A stretch of 44,713 bases of DNA, taken from the NCBI GenBank assembly GCA_021371805.1, contig JAJFVM010000166.1:1-44713 (forward strand), written 5' to 3'. This stretch comes from a bacterium. Lineage in GTDB: Bacteria > Actinomycetota > Humimicrobiia > Humimicrobiales > Humimicrobiaceae. Below, piece after piece: positions 27,181 through 36,308 of this stretch. The translations under genes were made by a program, and so were the position numbers. The notes below the pieces were generated by a model that saw only the letters and a program-made list of their open reading frames with translations, was not told the DNA's origin and did not search any database. Every line of letters starts with the position of its first letter. Position 1 is the stretch's first letter.

Positions 27181-28302
27181 TCAGGATTTAATTATTTTAT
27201 TGTAGTATTCAATATATTTTGGAATTATTACTTTTGAATCAAATTTCAGCGCAGTTTCCCTGGCACCTGCCGATAATTTTCCGAACAAATTTTTGTCGCT
27301 TAAAATGTTAATTGAGGCTTTTGACATGGAATCAATATCATCAGGATCAAAAAGATAACCGCAGACACCATCAGCTACAACTTCCTTAAGTCCCCCGACA
27401 TTTGTACCGATGACTGGAACTTCACAACTTAATGCTTCAAGCGCAGAAACTCCAAAACTCTCGCTTTTGGAAGGCAGCAGATATAAATCAGCACAGTTAA
27501 GTAACGGAACTACATTATCTTTCCTTCCTAAAAAGAATACTTTACTGCTTAAATCAAGTCTTTTTACGGTTTCTTTTGCAAAAGCAAGCTCAGGACCTTC
27601 ACCAACAAGTATCAATTTGCAGTTAATTTCTTTCCTGACTCTGCAAAACACTTCAATTATGTTTCTGATTTTCTTTACGGGTCTGAAATTAGAAACATGA
27701 ATAATTCCGAACTCGTCCTTTTTAATAAGCCCCAGGTTACTTTTATCGCATTTATTTCTTTTATATTTTGAAGTATCAACAAAATTATAAATGACTTCGA
27801 TATCTTTGTTTATATCAAACGTTTCCATAGTTAATTGTTTTAAATAATTTGAAACACATGTAATGCCGCTGCTGTTTTCCATACAAAATTTCGTTAATTT
27901 AAAAAAAGAACTGTGATTTCCGACAATGGTTATATCTGTTCCATGCAGGGTGGTTATAAATTTAAAATTGGAATCCTTGCCTAAAATACTTTGAGCAAGA
28001 TAAGCAGAAGCAGCATGCGGTATGGCATAATGCACATGCATTATATCAAGACCGGCACTTTCAAAAATCTCAGCCATTTTAACACTTAATGAAAGACTGT
28101 ATGGAGGATATTTAAATAAAGGATACTCCAATACTTCAACTTCATGAAAATAAATATTTTTATAATATTTATTGATCTTAAATGGCATTTCATAACTGAT
28201 AAAATGAACCTGATGTCCTCTTTCCGCCAGTTCTATTCCCAGCTCGCTTGCAACAACACCGCTCCCGCCATATGTCGGATAACATGTTATGCCGATTTTC
28301 AT
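27181..28302 (-). CDS. bshA: N-acetyl-alpha-D-glucosaminyl L-malate synthase (GT4 glycosyltransferase)
   Basis: The N-terminus MKIGITCYPTYGGSGVVASELGIELAERGHQVHFI closely matches the BshA signature, and the GT4 E-x7-E region reads SESFGVSALEALSCEVPVIG. The gene lies next to bshB and bshC. Confidence 0.85.
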   Translation of the reverse strand: MKIGITCYPTYGGSGVVASELGIELAERGHQVHFISYEMPFKINKYYKNIYFHEVEVLEYPLFKYPPYSLSLSVKMAEIFESAGLDIMHVHYAIPHAASAYLAQSILGKDSNFKFITTLHGTDITIVGNHSSFFKLTKFCMENSSGITCVSNYLKQLTMETFDINKDIEVIYNFVDTSKYKRNKCDKSNLGLIKKDEFGIIHVSNFRPVKKIRNIIEVFCRVRKEINCKLILVGEGPELAFAKETVKRLDLSSKVFFLGRKDNVVPLLNCADLYLLPSKSESFGVSALEALSCEVPVIGTNVGGLKEVVADGVCGYLFDPDDIDSMSKASINILSDKNLFGKLSAGARETALKFDSKVIIPKYIEYYNKIIKS

Positions 28303-28416
28303 AGTATTAAATATTATAAAAGATAATTTAAAAAATTTTATATTTTAAGAACAGCAACCATAAATTACAGGAATTTAACAATAAAAACCTGTTTAAAAAT
28401 TTTATAAAACACCATA

Positions 28417-29133
28417 TCAATATCTTACATAATCGAAAAATTTTATCGGATTATTTATTCTTATACTTGAATTTATAAAATACGGTTCACCGTAACTTGC
28501 ATTAATCTTAAGGCCAAAATAATTTGATCTGTTATGCAGGATATCCTTAAAGGTTTTCGTGCTTATATGTGTTATCACTTCTTTCTCAGCTGAGCTGAAG
28601 AATTGGGACTTGTAAGCTGTAACCGCTTCTACTTTTTTTTCAAAAACCTCAGTGATATCTGTGATAAAAGAAGGTTTAAATTCAAAGTGCAGCATATAAT
28701 TTAAAATAACATCAGGCCTATATGACTTTAAGGCTCTTTCATATTTTACAAGCCCCGAAATAAACACAGAATCCTTAATCAATTTATGGGCATTTTCATG
28801 ATCAGGATGCCTGTCTTTATAAAAAGGTATCAACAACATGTCCGGTTTATATTTTCTTAACACATCTATTATTTTATTTCTGTTTTCCGGATCATTAGCT
28901 ATGTTCCCATCCTGAAGTTCTAAATTTTCCCTGATGTCAAGCTCCAGAACATCCGATGCGGCTTGCGTTTCTTTTTCCCTGATTTCAAGACTTCCGTTGC
29001 TTGAAAGTTCTCCCCTTGTCAAATCAATAATTCCGGTTTTGTATCCAAGCTTTTTTAATTTTATCAGCAGTCCTCCGCATCCCATTTCGGCATCATCGGG
29101 ATGAGGCCCAAAAGCTAAAACATCTACTTCCAT
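28417..29133 (-). CDS. bshB1: N-acetyl-alpha-D-glucosaminyl L-malate deacetylase (LmbE/PIG-L family)
   Basis: VLAFGPHPDDAEMGCGG and HPDHENAH are the LmbE zinc-binding motifs. The gene lies between bshC and bshA. Confidence 0.85.
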   Translation of the reverse strand: MEVDVLAFGPHPDDAEMGCGGLLIKLKKLGYKTGIIDLTRGELSSNGSLEIREKETQAASDVLELDIRENLELQDGNIANDPENRNKIIDVLRKYKPDMLLIPFYKDRHPDHENAHKLIKDSVFISGLVKYERALKSYRPDVILNYMLHFEFKPSFITDITEVFEKKVEAVTAYKSQFFSSAEKEVITHISTKTFKDILHNRSNYFGLKINASYGEPYFINSSIRINNPIKFFDYVRY

Positions 29134-29149
29134 ATACTAAACTTCTCCA

Positions 29150-30826
29150 TCAATTCACTTCAATAAATTTATGTAAAAAATTAAAAGCTTCAAAACAAAA
29201 GTTAAGGTCATCTATAAAATCAAAACCATATTTATTTATATATTTAAAAATATTCATTTCCCTTTCCTGAAGTTTACCCTCAGGAAATATATTATTATAA
29301 ATTTTTGATAATGACTCAACAATAAAGCTATTTTTTTTCTTATACTGGCTGATTATTCTTTTCCCTAAAATTTCAACTTCTTTCTTTAAGTTCTGATTAA
29401 TCCTGTTGAAAGCATCATTTACTTCAAGTCCCTGATTTTTAATTTTTTCCTCATATTCGCATAAGACATCTGACAGCTTGACATCAAGATTATTTAAATA
29501 TCCATGATAATCAAAACCCATCATGTTTTTTAAAATCATGTCAGCTAAAAAATCCTGATTGTATTCCATATTATCATAATTTACATTGATTTTATCCATA
29601 ACCTTTTTTACCTTATTTTCAATTATTGTCGCAGATAATCTTGGGTATAATATCGGAAGTTCGCTTCCAAACAATGTGTAAATGTCTTTCAGCTGAGCAT
29701 AGTAGCTAATTTCACCCGGACCGCACACGGTTGCAATATTCGGGAGAATATAGTCCTGGAATAAAGGTCTTAGCACTACATTTAAACTAACATCGGAAAT
29801 ATTCTTATAAATTATATCTGCAAGTTCATTTTTATTAAATGAATTCTTTTTTGTTTTAAAAGATTTTTCAAAAACAAAGTTATTTTTATCAAAACATTTT
29901 ATTTTCTCGCGTCCGTTACCTGTATTTAAAAAAAAGTCCAGATTATTCGCCATTAATTTAAGCTGGCTATGATATCCTTCTGATTTCAGCTCCTTCCCGT
30001 TGAATTCTATTACCGCATTTATCTCATTAAATTTGTTTATATCAAAATTTATTATTTCTTTTGATAATTTTTTTATTTCCGGTATTTCGGGATCGATAAT
30101 AACAAGACCGTAGTTGCTAAACAATTTTGAAAGAATCAAAGAATAAAATTTTGAAATACTTATATCTGATTTCTTTGTATTGGTTCTTACATAATCAATT
30201 ACCGATGCCAGTAATTCAACAATTTCCTTTTTAAACTCATTTTCCGAAAGACTCTCAATTAATTTTCTGCTTACATCCTCAAATTCCTCTAAAGGAAGAA
30301 TTATTCTTGAATAAGAAAATCCGCTAAAATATTCCGGAACATCCAATGATATTTTTTCCATCTGACTGCCTGATATTTTAATGCTTTTTATTTCTGGCAA
30401 ATCATTGTCATCCGAAGCATTCCAGAATAAAGGAACAACATTTACATTAAAATTATTTTTTATATATCTGGCTATATTTAATACCGTTAAAACTTTATAA
30501 ATCGTAAAAACAGCACCAGTGAAGATTGAAGGCTGCTGTCCTGCAATTACAACAAAAGTATTTTCATCTTTAAGCAGTTCGATATTTTCAATCGTATTTG
30601 TGCCGCAGTCAGCTGATTTATTATATTTCAATAAAGCATCTGAAATTACTGTCCTGAATTTATTATTATAAAAAATTCTGATATGGTTAATTCTTTCGGC
30701 ATATGAATCCTGCAATCTGTAGTCGTATGTATAAAAATCTTTTAACGCTTTGAAGTTAAAAATATAATCATGATAAAGTTCATTATAATAAAACTTCTTA
30801 TTTTCCGTACCTTTTATATTTAACAT
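29150..30826 (-). CDS. bshC: bacillithiol biosynthesis cysteine-adding enzyme
   Basis: VVIAGQQPSIFTGAVFTIYKV, PLFWNASDDND, NVVLRPLFQDYILPNIATVCGPGEISYYAQL and QEREMNIFKYINKYG parallel the BshC (YllA) conserved blocks. Length 558 aa. Confidence 0.85.
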   Translation of the reverse strand: MLNIKGTENKKFYYNELYHDYIFNFKALKDFYTYDYRLQDSYAERINHIRIFYNNKFRTVISDALLKYNKSADCGTNTIENIELLKDENTFVVIAGQQPSIFTGAVFTIYKVLTVLNIARYIKNNFNVNVVPLFWNASDDNDLPEIKSIKISGSQMEKISLDVPEYFSGFSYSRIILPLEEFEDVSRKLIESLSENEFKKEIVELLASVIDYVRTNTKKSDISISKFYSLILSKLFSNYGLVIIDPEIPEIKKLSKEIINFDINKFNEINAVIEFNGKELKSEGYHSQLKLMANNLDFFLNTGNGREKIKCFDKNNFVFEKSFKTKKNSFNKNELADIIYKNISDVSLNVVLRPLFQDYILPNIATVCGPGEISYYAQLKDIYTLFGSELPILYPRLSATIIENKVKKVMDKINVNYDNMEYNQDFLADMILKNMMGFDYHGYLNNLDVKLSDVLCEYEEKIKNQGLEVNDAFNRINQNLKKEVEILGKRIISQYKKKNSFIVESLSKIYNNIFPEGKLQEREMNIFKYINKYGFDFIDDLNFCFEAFNFLHKFIEVN

Positions 30827-30843
30827 CTTTGATGAATCAACAA

Positions 30844-31506
30844 TTATCTTTTTATAAAATCAATTATGAATTTTATTCCCAGATAAATTAAAAATACTCC
30901 GCATGAAATTATTATTATTTTATAAATCTTCTGGCTTATGAATTTTCTGCCTTTGCTTATTAAAAAACCTATAAACAAATACCATATAAAATCAGAGCTT
31001 ATATGCCCGATATAAAAAAAACTTATAGCTGTTATTCCATATTTTATGCTTTTCAATAAAAATGCTGCGCCGATTGTAACCCACCAGACATACCAGTATG
31101 GATTAATAATGCTCACAAACATGCCCTGAAGAACAGAAAAACTTTTATTCTTTTTATTATTTTTATTATCTGCATTTTCTTTATTTAAATTAATCTTAAT
31201 TTTATTTTTTAACGCTGGATATATTAAATCAAATGCCAGATAAAGAAGGGCTATTCCTCCTGTTATGCCTATAACTTTTATTATAATACTATTGTTTAAA
31301 TATTTAAGTATCCCGGCTAAAAATAAGAGTAAAATTATTAATTCCACTATAGCATGTCCGATAACGATAAAAAAAGATGCCCAAAAACCTTTTTGTGCCG
31401 TTCTTGAAACCACTAAAGTAAACATCGGACCAGGGACAACTGCTCCTGAAAAACCAACGACCAGCGCACTTATAAATATTTGAAATATATTTAAAAACAT
31501 ATCCAT
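30844..31506 (-). CDS. LysE/RhtB-family amino-acid (or thiol) exporter
   Basis: The N-terminus ALVVGFSGAVVPGPMFTLVV is typical of the LysE family. About six hydrophobic helices are present, with a Lys/Asn-rich central loop. The stop lies 17 nt upstream of bshC. Confidence 0.75.
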   Translation of the reverse strand: MDMFLNIFQIFISALVVGFSGAVVPGPMFTLVVSRTAQKGFWASFFIVIGHAIVELIILLLFLAGILKYLNNSIIIKVIGITGGIALLYLAFDLIYPALKNKIKINLNKENADNKNNKKNKSFSVLQGMFVSIINPYWYVWWVTIGAAFLLKSIKYGITAISFFYIGHISSDFIWYLFIGFLISKGRKFISQKIYKIIIISCGVFLIYLGIKFIIDFIKR

Positions 31507-31623
31507 AAAGGTTTTGTATTTTTATCAGATAGATTTTATTATTTTTACTATATTAAGAATTATTTATACTTATTACAAATAAAACAGCTAAAAAAATAAA
31601 TTAAAAAAATTTTATTAAGTATA

Positions 31624-31652
31624 TTGACATATATATTGCGAACTGTTATATT
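31624..31652 (+). promoter_or_regulatory. sigma-70-like promoter of the ilvE leader
   Basis: A perfect -35 TTGACA (31624-31629), a 17-nt spacer, then -10 TATATT (31647-31652). Confidence 0.55.
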
Positions 31653-31659
31653 AATAATT

Positions 31660-31828
31660 GTCTTAGAGCAGGAGGCAACCTTTAAAAATTGCTAAAAAAA
31701 TGAAGACGAAAGTTTTCAAGGATTAAGTTAATTTTTGAAAAGTCCCTGAGAAAAGTTCTAAGAGGAACTCCGAGATGTTAAGTAGCCTAAGGTGCAAACT
31801 AAGGCAAAAGATAACTCGGAGTTTTTTT
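31660..31828 (+). promoter_or_regulatory. structured 5' leader of about 170 nt (unclassified candidate riboswitch/attenuator, or an independent small RNA) ending in an intrinsic terminator
   Basis: TCTTAGAG (31661-31668) can pair with TTCTAAGA (31756-31763), which abuts the terminator. An internal GAAGAC-GAAA-GTTTTC tetraloop hairpin sits at 31702-31717. The terminator pairs AACTCCGAG (31766-31774) with CTCGGAGTT (31815-31823) and is followed by T7. Confidence 0.5.
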
Positions 31829-31976
31829 ATTATCTTTTTATTTCATGATTATTTTCTGATTGCATTACCATTTTAAAAGAGTAAAATTTATTGATTAATT
31901 TAACTTAAAAAATACATATATTTCATATAACTGAATTGAAAATTTTAATATTTACAAATAATCTAAGGAAGAAAAA

Positions 31977-32915
31977 ATGGAACAGGTAATGGAATCAAAA
32001 CATCCTGAATTTGCGTTTTTTGGTGGTAAAATAATTCCAATAAGTGACGCCGGGGTTGATATAAGAACAAACGCATTACAGTATGGAACGGCGGTATTCG
32101 AAGGAATCAGAAGTTACTGGGCTGAGGCTGAAAAAAAGAATTATGTCTTCAGAATGGAAGATCATTATAAAAGATTTTTTGACAGCTGTAAAATAATGAT
32201 GATTAACATCAAATATTCAATAAATGAACTGTGTAATATTACGAAAGATCTTCTTAAAAAAGAAGGTTATGAAGAAGACTCCTATATAAGACCTTATGCT
32301 TACAACAGCGGTTTAGATCTCGGACCCAAACTGATTAAGAATGATCAGGATATATTTATTTATACTATTCCTTTAGGTGAATATCTTAATCTTTCAAAAC
32401 CTATAAAAGTTTGCATATCTTCATGGATGAGGATTCCTGATAATTGTATTCCTCCAAGAGCAAAAGTTGCGGGAAGTTATGTTAATGCCGCACTTCAAAA
32501 AACAGAGGCTCTGCTTGGCGGTTATGAAGAAGCTATTACTTTATCTTCGGATGGCCAGCATGTCAGCGAAGGGAGTGCAATGAATATTTTTATGGTTAAA
32601 AATGGAAAACTTATCACCCCGCCTACTTATAATGACATCCTGGAAGGGGTAACTAGAAATACCATATTTGAACTTGTTAAAAATGAGCTTGACTTAAGTA
32701 TAATCGAAAGACAGATAGACAGAACTGAATTATATACCGCGGATGAATTATTCTTCTGCGGAACCGGAGCGCAGGTTTCATCTATCGGAAACGTCGATGG
32801 CAGAACAGTCGGAGACGGAAAAATGGGAGAGCTAACCAAAAAAATTCAAAACATATACTTTAAAATTGTAAAAAATGAAATTAAAAAATATTCACACTGG
32901 TGCACGGAAGTATAA
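31977..32915 (+). CDS. ilvE: branched-chain amino acid aminotransferase (class IV)
   Basis: LQYGTAVFEGIRSY, RPYAY, AKVAGSYVNA and EGSAMNIF...TPP...ILEGVTR are IlvE motifs. SD AAGGAAG lies 5 nt upstream. Confidence 0.9.
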   Translation: MEQVMESKHPEFAFFGGKIIPISDAGVDIRTNALQYGTAVFEGIRSYWAEAEKKNYVFRMEDHYKRFFDSCKIMMINIKYSINELCNITKDLLKKEGYEEDSYIRPYAYNSGLDLGPKLIKNDQDIFIYTIPLGEYLNLSKPIKVCISSWMRIPDNCIPPRAKVAGSYVNAALQKTEALLGGYEEAITLSSDGQHVSEGSAMNIFMVKNGKLITPPTYNDILEGVTRNTIFELVKNELDLSIIERQIDRTELYTADELFFCGTGAQVSSIGNVDGRTVGDGKMGELTKKIQNIYFKIVKNEIKKYSHWCTEV

Positions 32916-32940
32916 CTAATAAAACAATAAATACTGAATA

Positions 32941-32981
32941 AAAAATCACCCTATTGGCTCGAACCGATCGGGTGATTTTTA
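32941..32981. terminator. bidirectional terminator between the convergent ilvE and helicase-nuclease genes
   Basis: ATCACCC (32945-32951) pairs with GGGTGAT (32970-32976). AAAA precedes the stem and TTTTT follows it. Confidence 0.7.
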
Positions 32982-33071
32982 TTAATCAAATAGATACCAA
33001 TAAGAATAATCCTGCCATAATAATATATAAAAAAATAATAATTGCCATTCAATAATATTTAGTAATCATTT

Positions 33072-36000
33072 CTAAAAGCATAAATTTTTAAAATTGCATA
33101 ATTTACTGCAATTTTTCATGGAATGCCTCGTATATTTTTGATTCTTGATATCATGTACTCCTTCAGATATTTTATTCTTTATATCACTTTTTTCTGAATT
33201 TTTAACACAAACCTGTTTGACTACGCCATCCTCTAAAAAAAACAAACTGCCGGTGATTTTTTCTGCTTCCATATTAAATAAATCTGACAGTCCGCATATA
33301 TATGACTTCAATTGAAAAATATAATTGTCATTATGATCGTGATTTTTACTGCTTGAAGTTTTATAATCATACAATCTGACCAAACCGTTATTTATCATAT
33401 CAATCCTGTCGATTTTACATATAAGATAAAAATCATTTATTTTCCAGTAAAAAAGCTGCTCCAGAAAAATTTTGCCTATAAGATCAAAATTTAAAATACC
33501 GCTGTTAAAAAAATTATTTATATAATTTTTAAATTTCATTTCCTCAACACTTTCTTTATCAAAAACTATACGGCTTAAATGAAAATTATGCATATTGGAT
33601 TTCCCGTCATTTTCATTTTTTAAATTCAAACAGTTATTAAAATAAAAGGATGTTATGTTTTCAATAAATTTATGCATTTTAACACCATAATCAGCAGATT
33701 GATTTTCTGGTTCAGGCATATTCATCACATATCTGAATTTATATAAAAGCGGACAATCAAAAAAAGTTAAAATTTCCGTTAAGGAAAAGAATTTATCTTC
33801 CGTCAGGATATTATTTTCCCTTTTTATATTACTCAAATTATAAATTTCATACCTGCTTGAATTACATGAATTATCCGATACCATATTAATGTTTTCCGCA
33901 AGCAGCTTTTCATACTCATTTAACAATATAACTTCTTTAACAGTTTTATTTTTATATTTTTGTAAACCGGTCTTATTATTGTTTAGTTTATCTTTATCAT
34001 TTTTTATTTTAATGAAATTTTCAAGAACAGTTTTAAAATCATTTGAATAAGCTGCCGGTTTAAATCCAAAGGCATTATCCAGATAATCCAAAGTTTCACT
34101 GCCGATAAAAACAATATTACTATCTTCAGCAAAAATATTTCTTATGAAGGAAAGCATGTTTTTATTGTTTATATCACTGTCTGTTGTATCCGAATAATTT
34201 TCATATTGGGGATAAGAAAGAATCAGCAATTCTTTTGCACGGCTGCCTGCAACGTAGAAAATTCTTTTTTCCTCCTCAAGCATGATAGATTTAAGTTCAT
34301 CTTCAAATTTCTTAATACTTTCATAATTGCCTTTTTCAGTCCATATTTTTCCATCTTTTCTTAAAGGAGAAGGAAGCTCATAATATTTTTTTTGATTTTT
34401 TCTTGGTTTGTAATCCTGCTCCCATAAAATTGGTAAAAAAACCACTTTAAATTCAAGACCTTTTGCTGCATGTATACTCATTATTTTAACTGAATTTTCT
34501 TTTGAAATAACCTGGACATCAGGGTCTTCATAATCAGCTTTTGCCATATCTTTAAGATAAATAACAAAGCTGTCAAAATTTGAATCAAAATTATTATCCT
34601 CAAATTCCCAGGCAAGTTTAATCAGGTTTTCGACATTTATTATTTTCTTTTTTGCAGGTATTCCAAACCTGGAATTAAGTTCATCATATAAACCTGAAAA
34701 ATGGAATATAAAACTTATTATTCCGTTAAGGTTTAATATTTGTGAATTCTTTATGTATTGATTCAGCTCATCTATAAAAAGTTTAAGTCTGCCCTTGGCT
34801 GCCCGGCTTACATATTGATTCAATTCTGCATTTTTTACGGCTTCGATCAATGCATGATTGCTGCCTTCCAAAATATTATTGTAAATGCCGTTATCTGGTT
34901 TGTCGTCTTTATATTTTTTATTACTTTCGTTTCTTAAAAAAAATATATCTCTGTCTGAAATTTTAAATTTAGAAGATTTTAGCAGATAAACAAGTGCTTC
35001 ATCATCATTTATATTATGAATCAACTTAAGCCATGAGATGAGAAAAATTATTTCAGGCTCATAAAAATAACTCTTACTCCCTACTAATTCATATCTTATG
35101 TTGTTCTTTTTAAAAGATTTTATAATTTCATTAAATCTTTTTCTTCTGCATAAAACAGCTATATCGCTTAATTTATAATTCTGCAAAATAAGATTGTTAA
35201 TCATTTCTGAAATCTGCCCGGCTTCCTGCTCAAGGGAGTTTTTCTTAAAAAACATGATCAAAGATTTCTTTTCGCCGCTTTCAGATTTAACGATCTTTTT
35301 TTCCCTGTTTTTATTTTCACTGATAATTGAATTGGTAAAATCTATTATTTCTTTTCCGGAACGGAAGTTGGTGGTTAAGAAGAATGTGTCTACAAGTTTG
35401 CCGGCATTATTCCCGAAATAACTAAAATTCTGTATATTTTCAATACATGCACCTCTAAATCCATATATGCCCTGATCATCATCACCTACGACCATTAATT
35501 TATTTTTCCCCTTGGCAAATATCATGGAAAGAAGATATGCCTGAGCATTATTTGTATCCTGAAATTCATCTACAAAAATATATTTATATCTCTGTGAATA
35601 TTTCTCTTTAATTGAAGGGTGATTTTTAAACAAAAAATAAGGAAGAAAAACCTGATCAGAATAATCAATAAAGTTATTTTTTCTTTTCACAATTTCATAA
35701 TTCTCATAAATATGGTAAAGGTCATCGATGCAGGGTATTTTATCTTCTTCTTCTTTGCGTAAGCCAGAGCTTTTATATCCGGTCAGATAATTGCTATAGG
35801 AATTTATATAATTTTTCAGATTTTCAATTGTAATAAGGTTATTTTTTAAATTCCATATATAATCAAGTAAATCACTGACAAATTTACCTATATCTTTTCC
35901 TGCTTTTAATTTTTTGAACCTGTAAATTTTAAAAATATCATAAATTATCTGCCAGGACTGAACCTCGTTTATCAACTTGAAATTTTTTCCAAAACCCAGG

Positions 36001-36308
36001 ACGAAGCTGTTTTCCTTAATTATAAAATTACCAAAAGAGTTAAAAGTATAAATATTGATATCATCTGAATTTATTTCATTATTAAAGTTTTGTCTTATTC
36101 TTTCCATCATATTTTCAGCAGCATTATTTGTAAAAGTAAGTGCAAGAACTTCGCCAGGCCTGGCTGATTTTTCTTTTAATATTTTTATCAGATTAGCAGT
36201 TAAAACAGATGTTTTTCCCGAACCTGCACATGCAATAACTTTTTTTATTTCACTTTTACTTTCGATTATTCTTTTTTGCTCTTCAGTTAAATCAAATTTG
36301 GTTTCCAT
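33072..36308 (-). CDS. addA: UvrD-type helicase fused to a PD-(D/E)XK nuclease, AddA/AdnB-like subunit
   Basis: Helicase motifs are present: I ACAGSGKTS, Ia LTFTNNAA, II VDEFQDTN, III VVGDDDQGIYGFRGA, IV NFRSG, V SIHAAKGLEFKVVFLP and VI VAGSRAKE. The C-terminal nuclease reads FDCPLLYKFRY...DRIDM...LYDYKTS...CSKLCNFKNLC. The ORF track starts at GTG 36338. ATG 36308 (METKFDLTEEQ) is more plausible. Either start overlaps the upstream gene. Confidence 0.85.
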   Translation of the reverse strand: METKFDLTEEQKRIIESKSEIKKVIACAGSGKTSVLTANLIKILKEKSARPGEVLALTFTNNAAENMMERIRQNFNNEINSDDINIYTFNSFGNFIIKENSFVLGFGKNFKLINEVQSWQIIYDIFKIYRFKKLKAGKDIGKFVSDLLDYIWNLKNNLITIENLKNYINSYSNYLTGYKSSGLRKEEEDKIPCIDDLYHIYENYEIVKRKNNFIDYSDQVFLPYFLFKNHPSIKEKYSQRYKYIFVDEFQDTNNAQAYLLSMIFAKGKNKLMVVGDDDQGIYGFRGACIENIQNFSYFGNNAGKLVDTFFLTTNFRSGKEIIDFTNSIISENKNREKKIVKSESGEKKSLIMFFKKNSLEQEAGQISEMINNLILQNYKLSDIAVLCRRKRFNEIIKSFKKNNIRYELVGSKSYFYEPEIIFLISWLKLIHNINDDEALVYLLKSSKFKISDRDIFFLRNESNKKYKDDKPDNGIYNNILEGSNHALIEAVKNAELNQYVSRAAKGRLKLFIDELNQYIKNSQILNLNGIISFIFHFSGLYDELNSRFGIPAKKKIINVENLIKLAWEFEDNNFDSNFDSFVIYLKDMAKADYEDPDVQVISKENSVKIMSIHAAKGLEFKVVFLPILWEQDYKPRKNQKKYYELPSPLRKDGKIWTEKGNYESIKKFEDELKSIMLEEEKRIFYVAGSRAKELLILSYPQYENYSDTTDSDINNKNMLSFIRNIFAEDSNIVFIGSETLDYLDNAFGFKPAAYSNDFKTVLENFIKIKNDKDKLNNNKTGLQKYKNKTVKEVILLNEYEKLLAENINMVSDNSCNSSRYEIYNLSNIKRENNILTEDKFFSLTEILTFFDCPLLYKFRYVMNMPEPENQSADYGVKMHKFIENITSFYFNNCLNLKNENDGKSNMHNFHLSRIVFDKESVEEMKFKNYINNFFNSGILNFDLIGKIFLEQLFYWKINDFYLICKIDRIDMINNGLVRLYDYKTSSSKNHDHNDNYIFQLKSYICGLSDLFNMEAEKITGSLFFLEDGVVKQVCVKNSEKSDIKNKISEGVHDIKNQKYTRHSMKNCSKLCNFKNLCF

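Noticed and set aside
27168-27190. ATCCTG-N7-CAGGAT hairpin overlapping the bshA stop codon as a terminator
   Set aside because: The stem is only 6 bp and the downstream T-tract is interrupted (CAATCAATTTTGCTTT). It is too weak to call, although something must end the bsh transcript before the protease promoter.
31729-31743. CodY-box-like sequence TAATTTTTGAAAAGT inside the ilvE leader
   Set aside because: It has four mismatches to AATTTTCWGAAAATT. In DNA this AT-rich, such matches are expected by chance. It also lies within the transcribed leader, not at the promoter.
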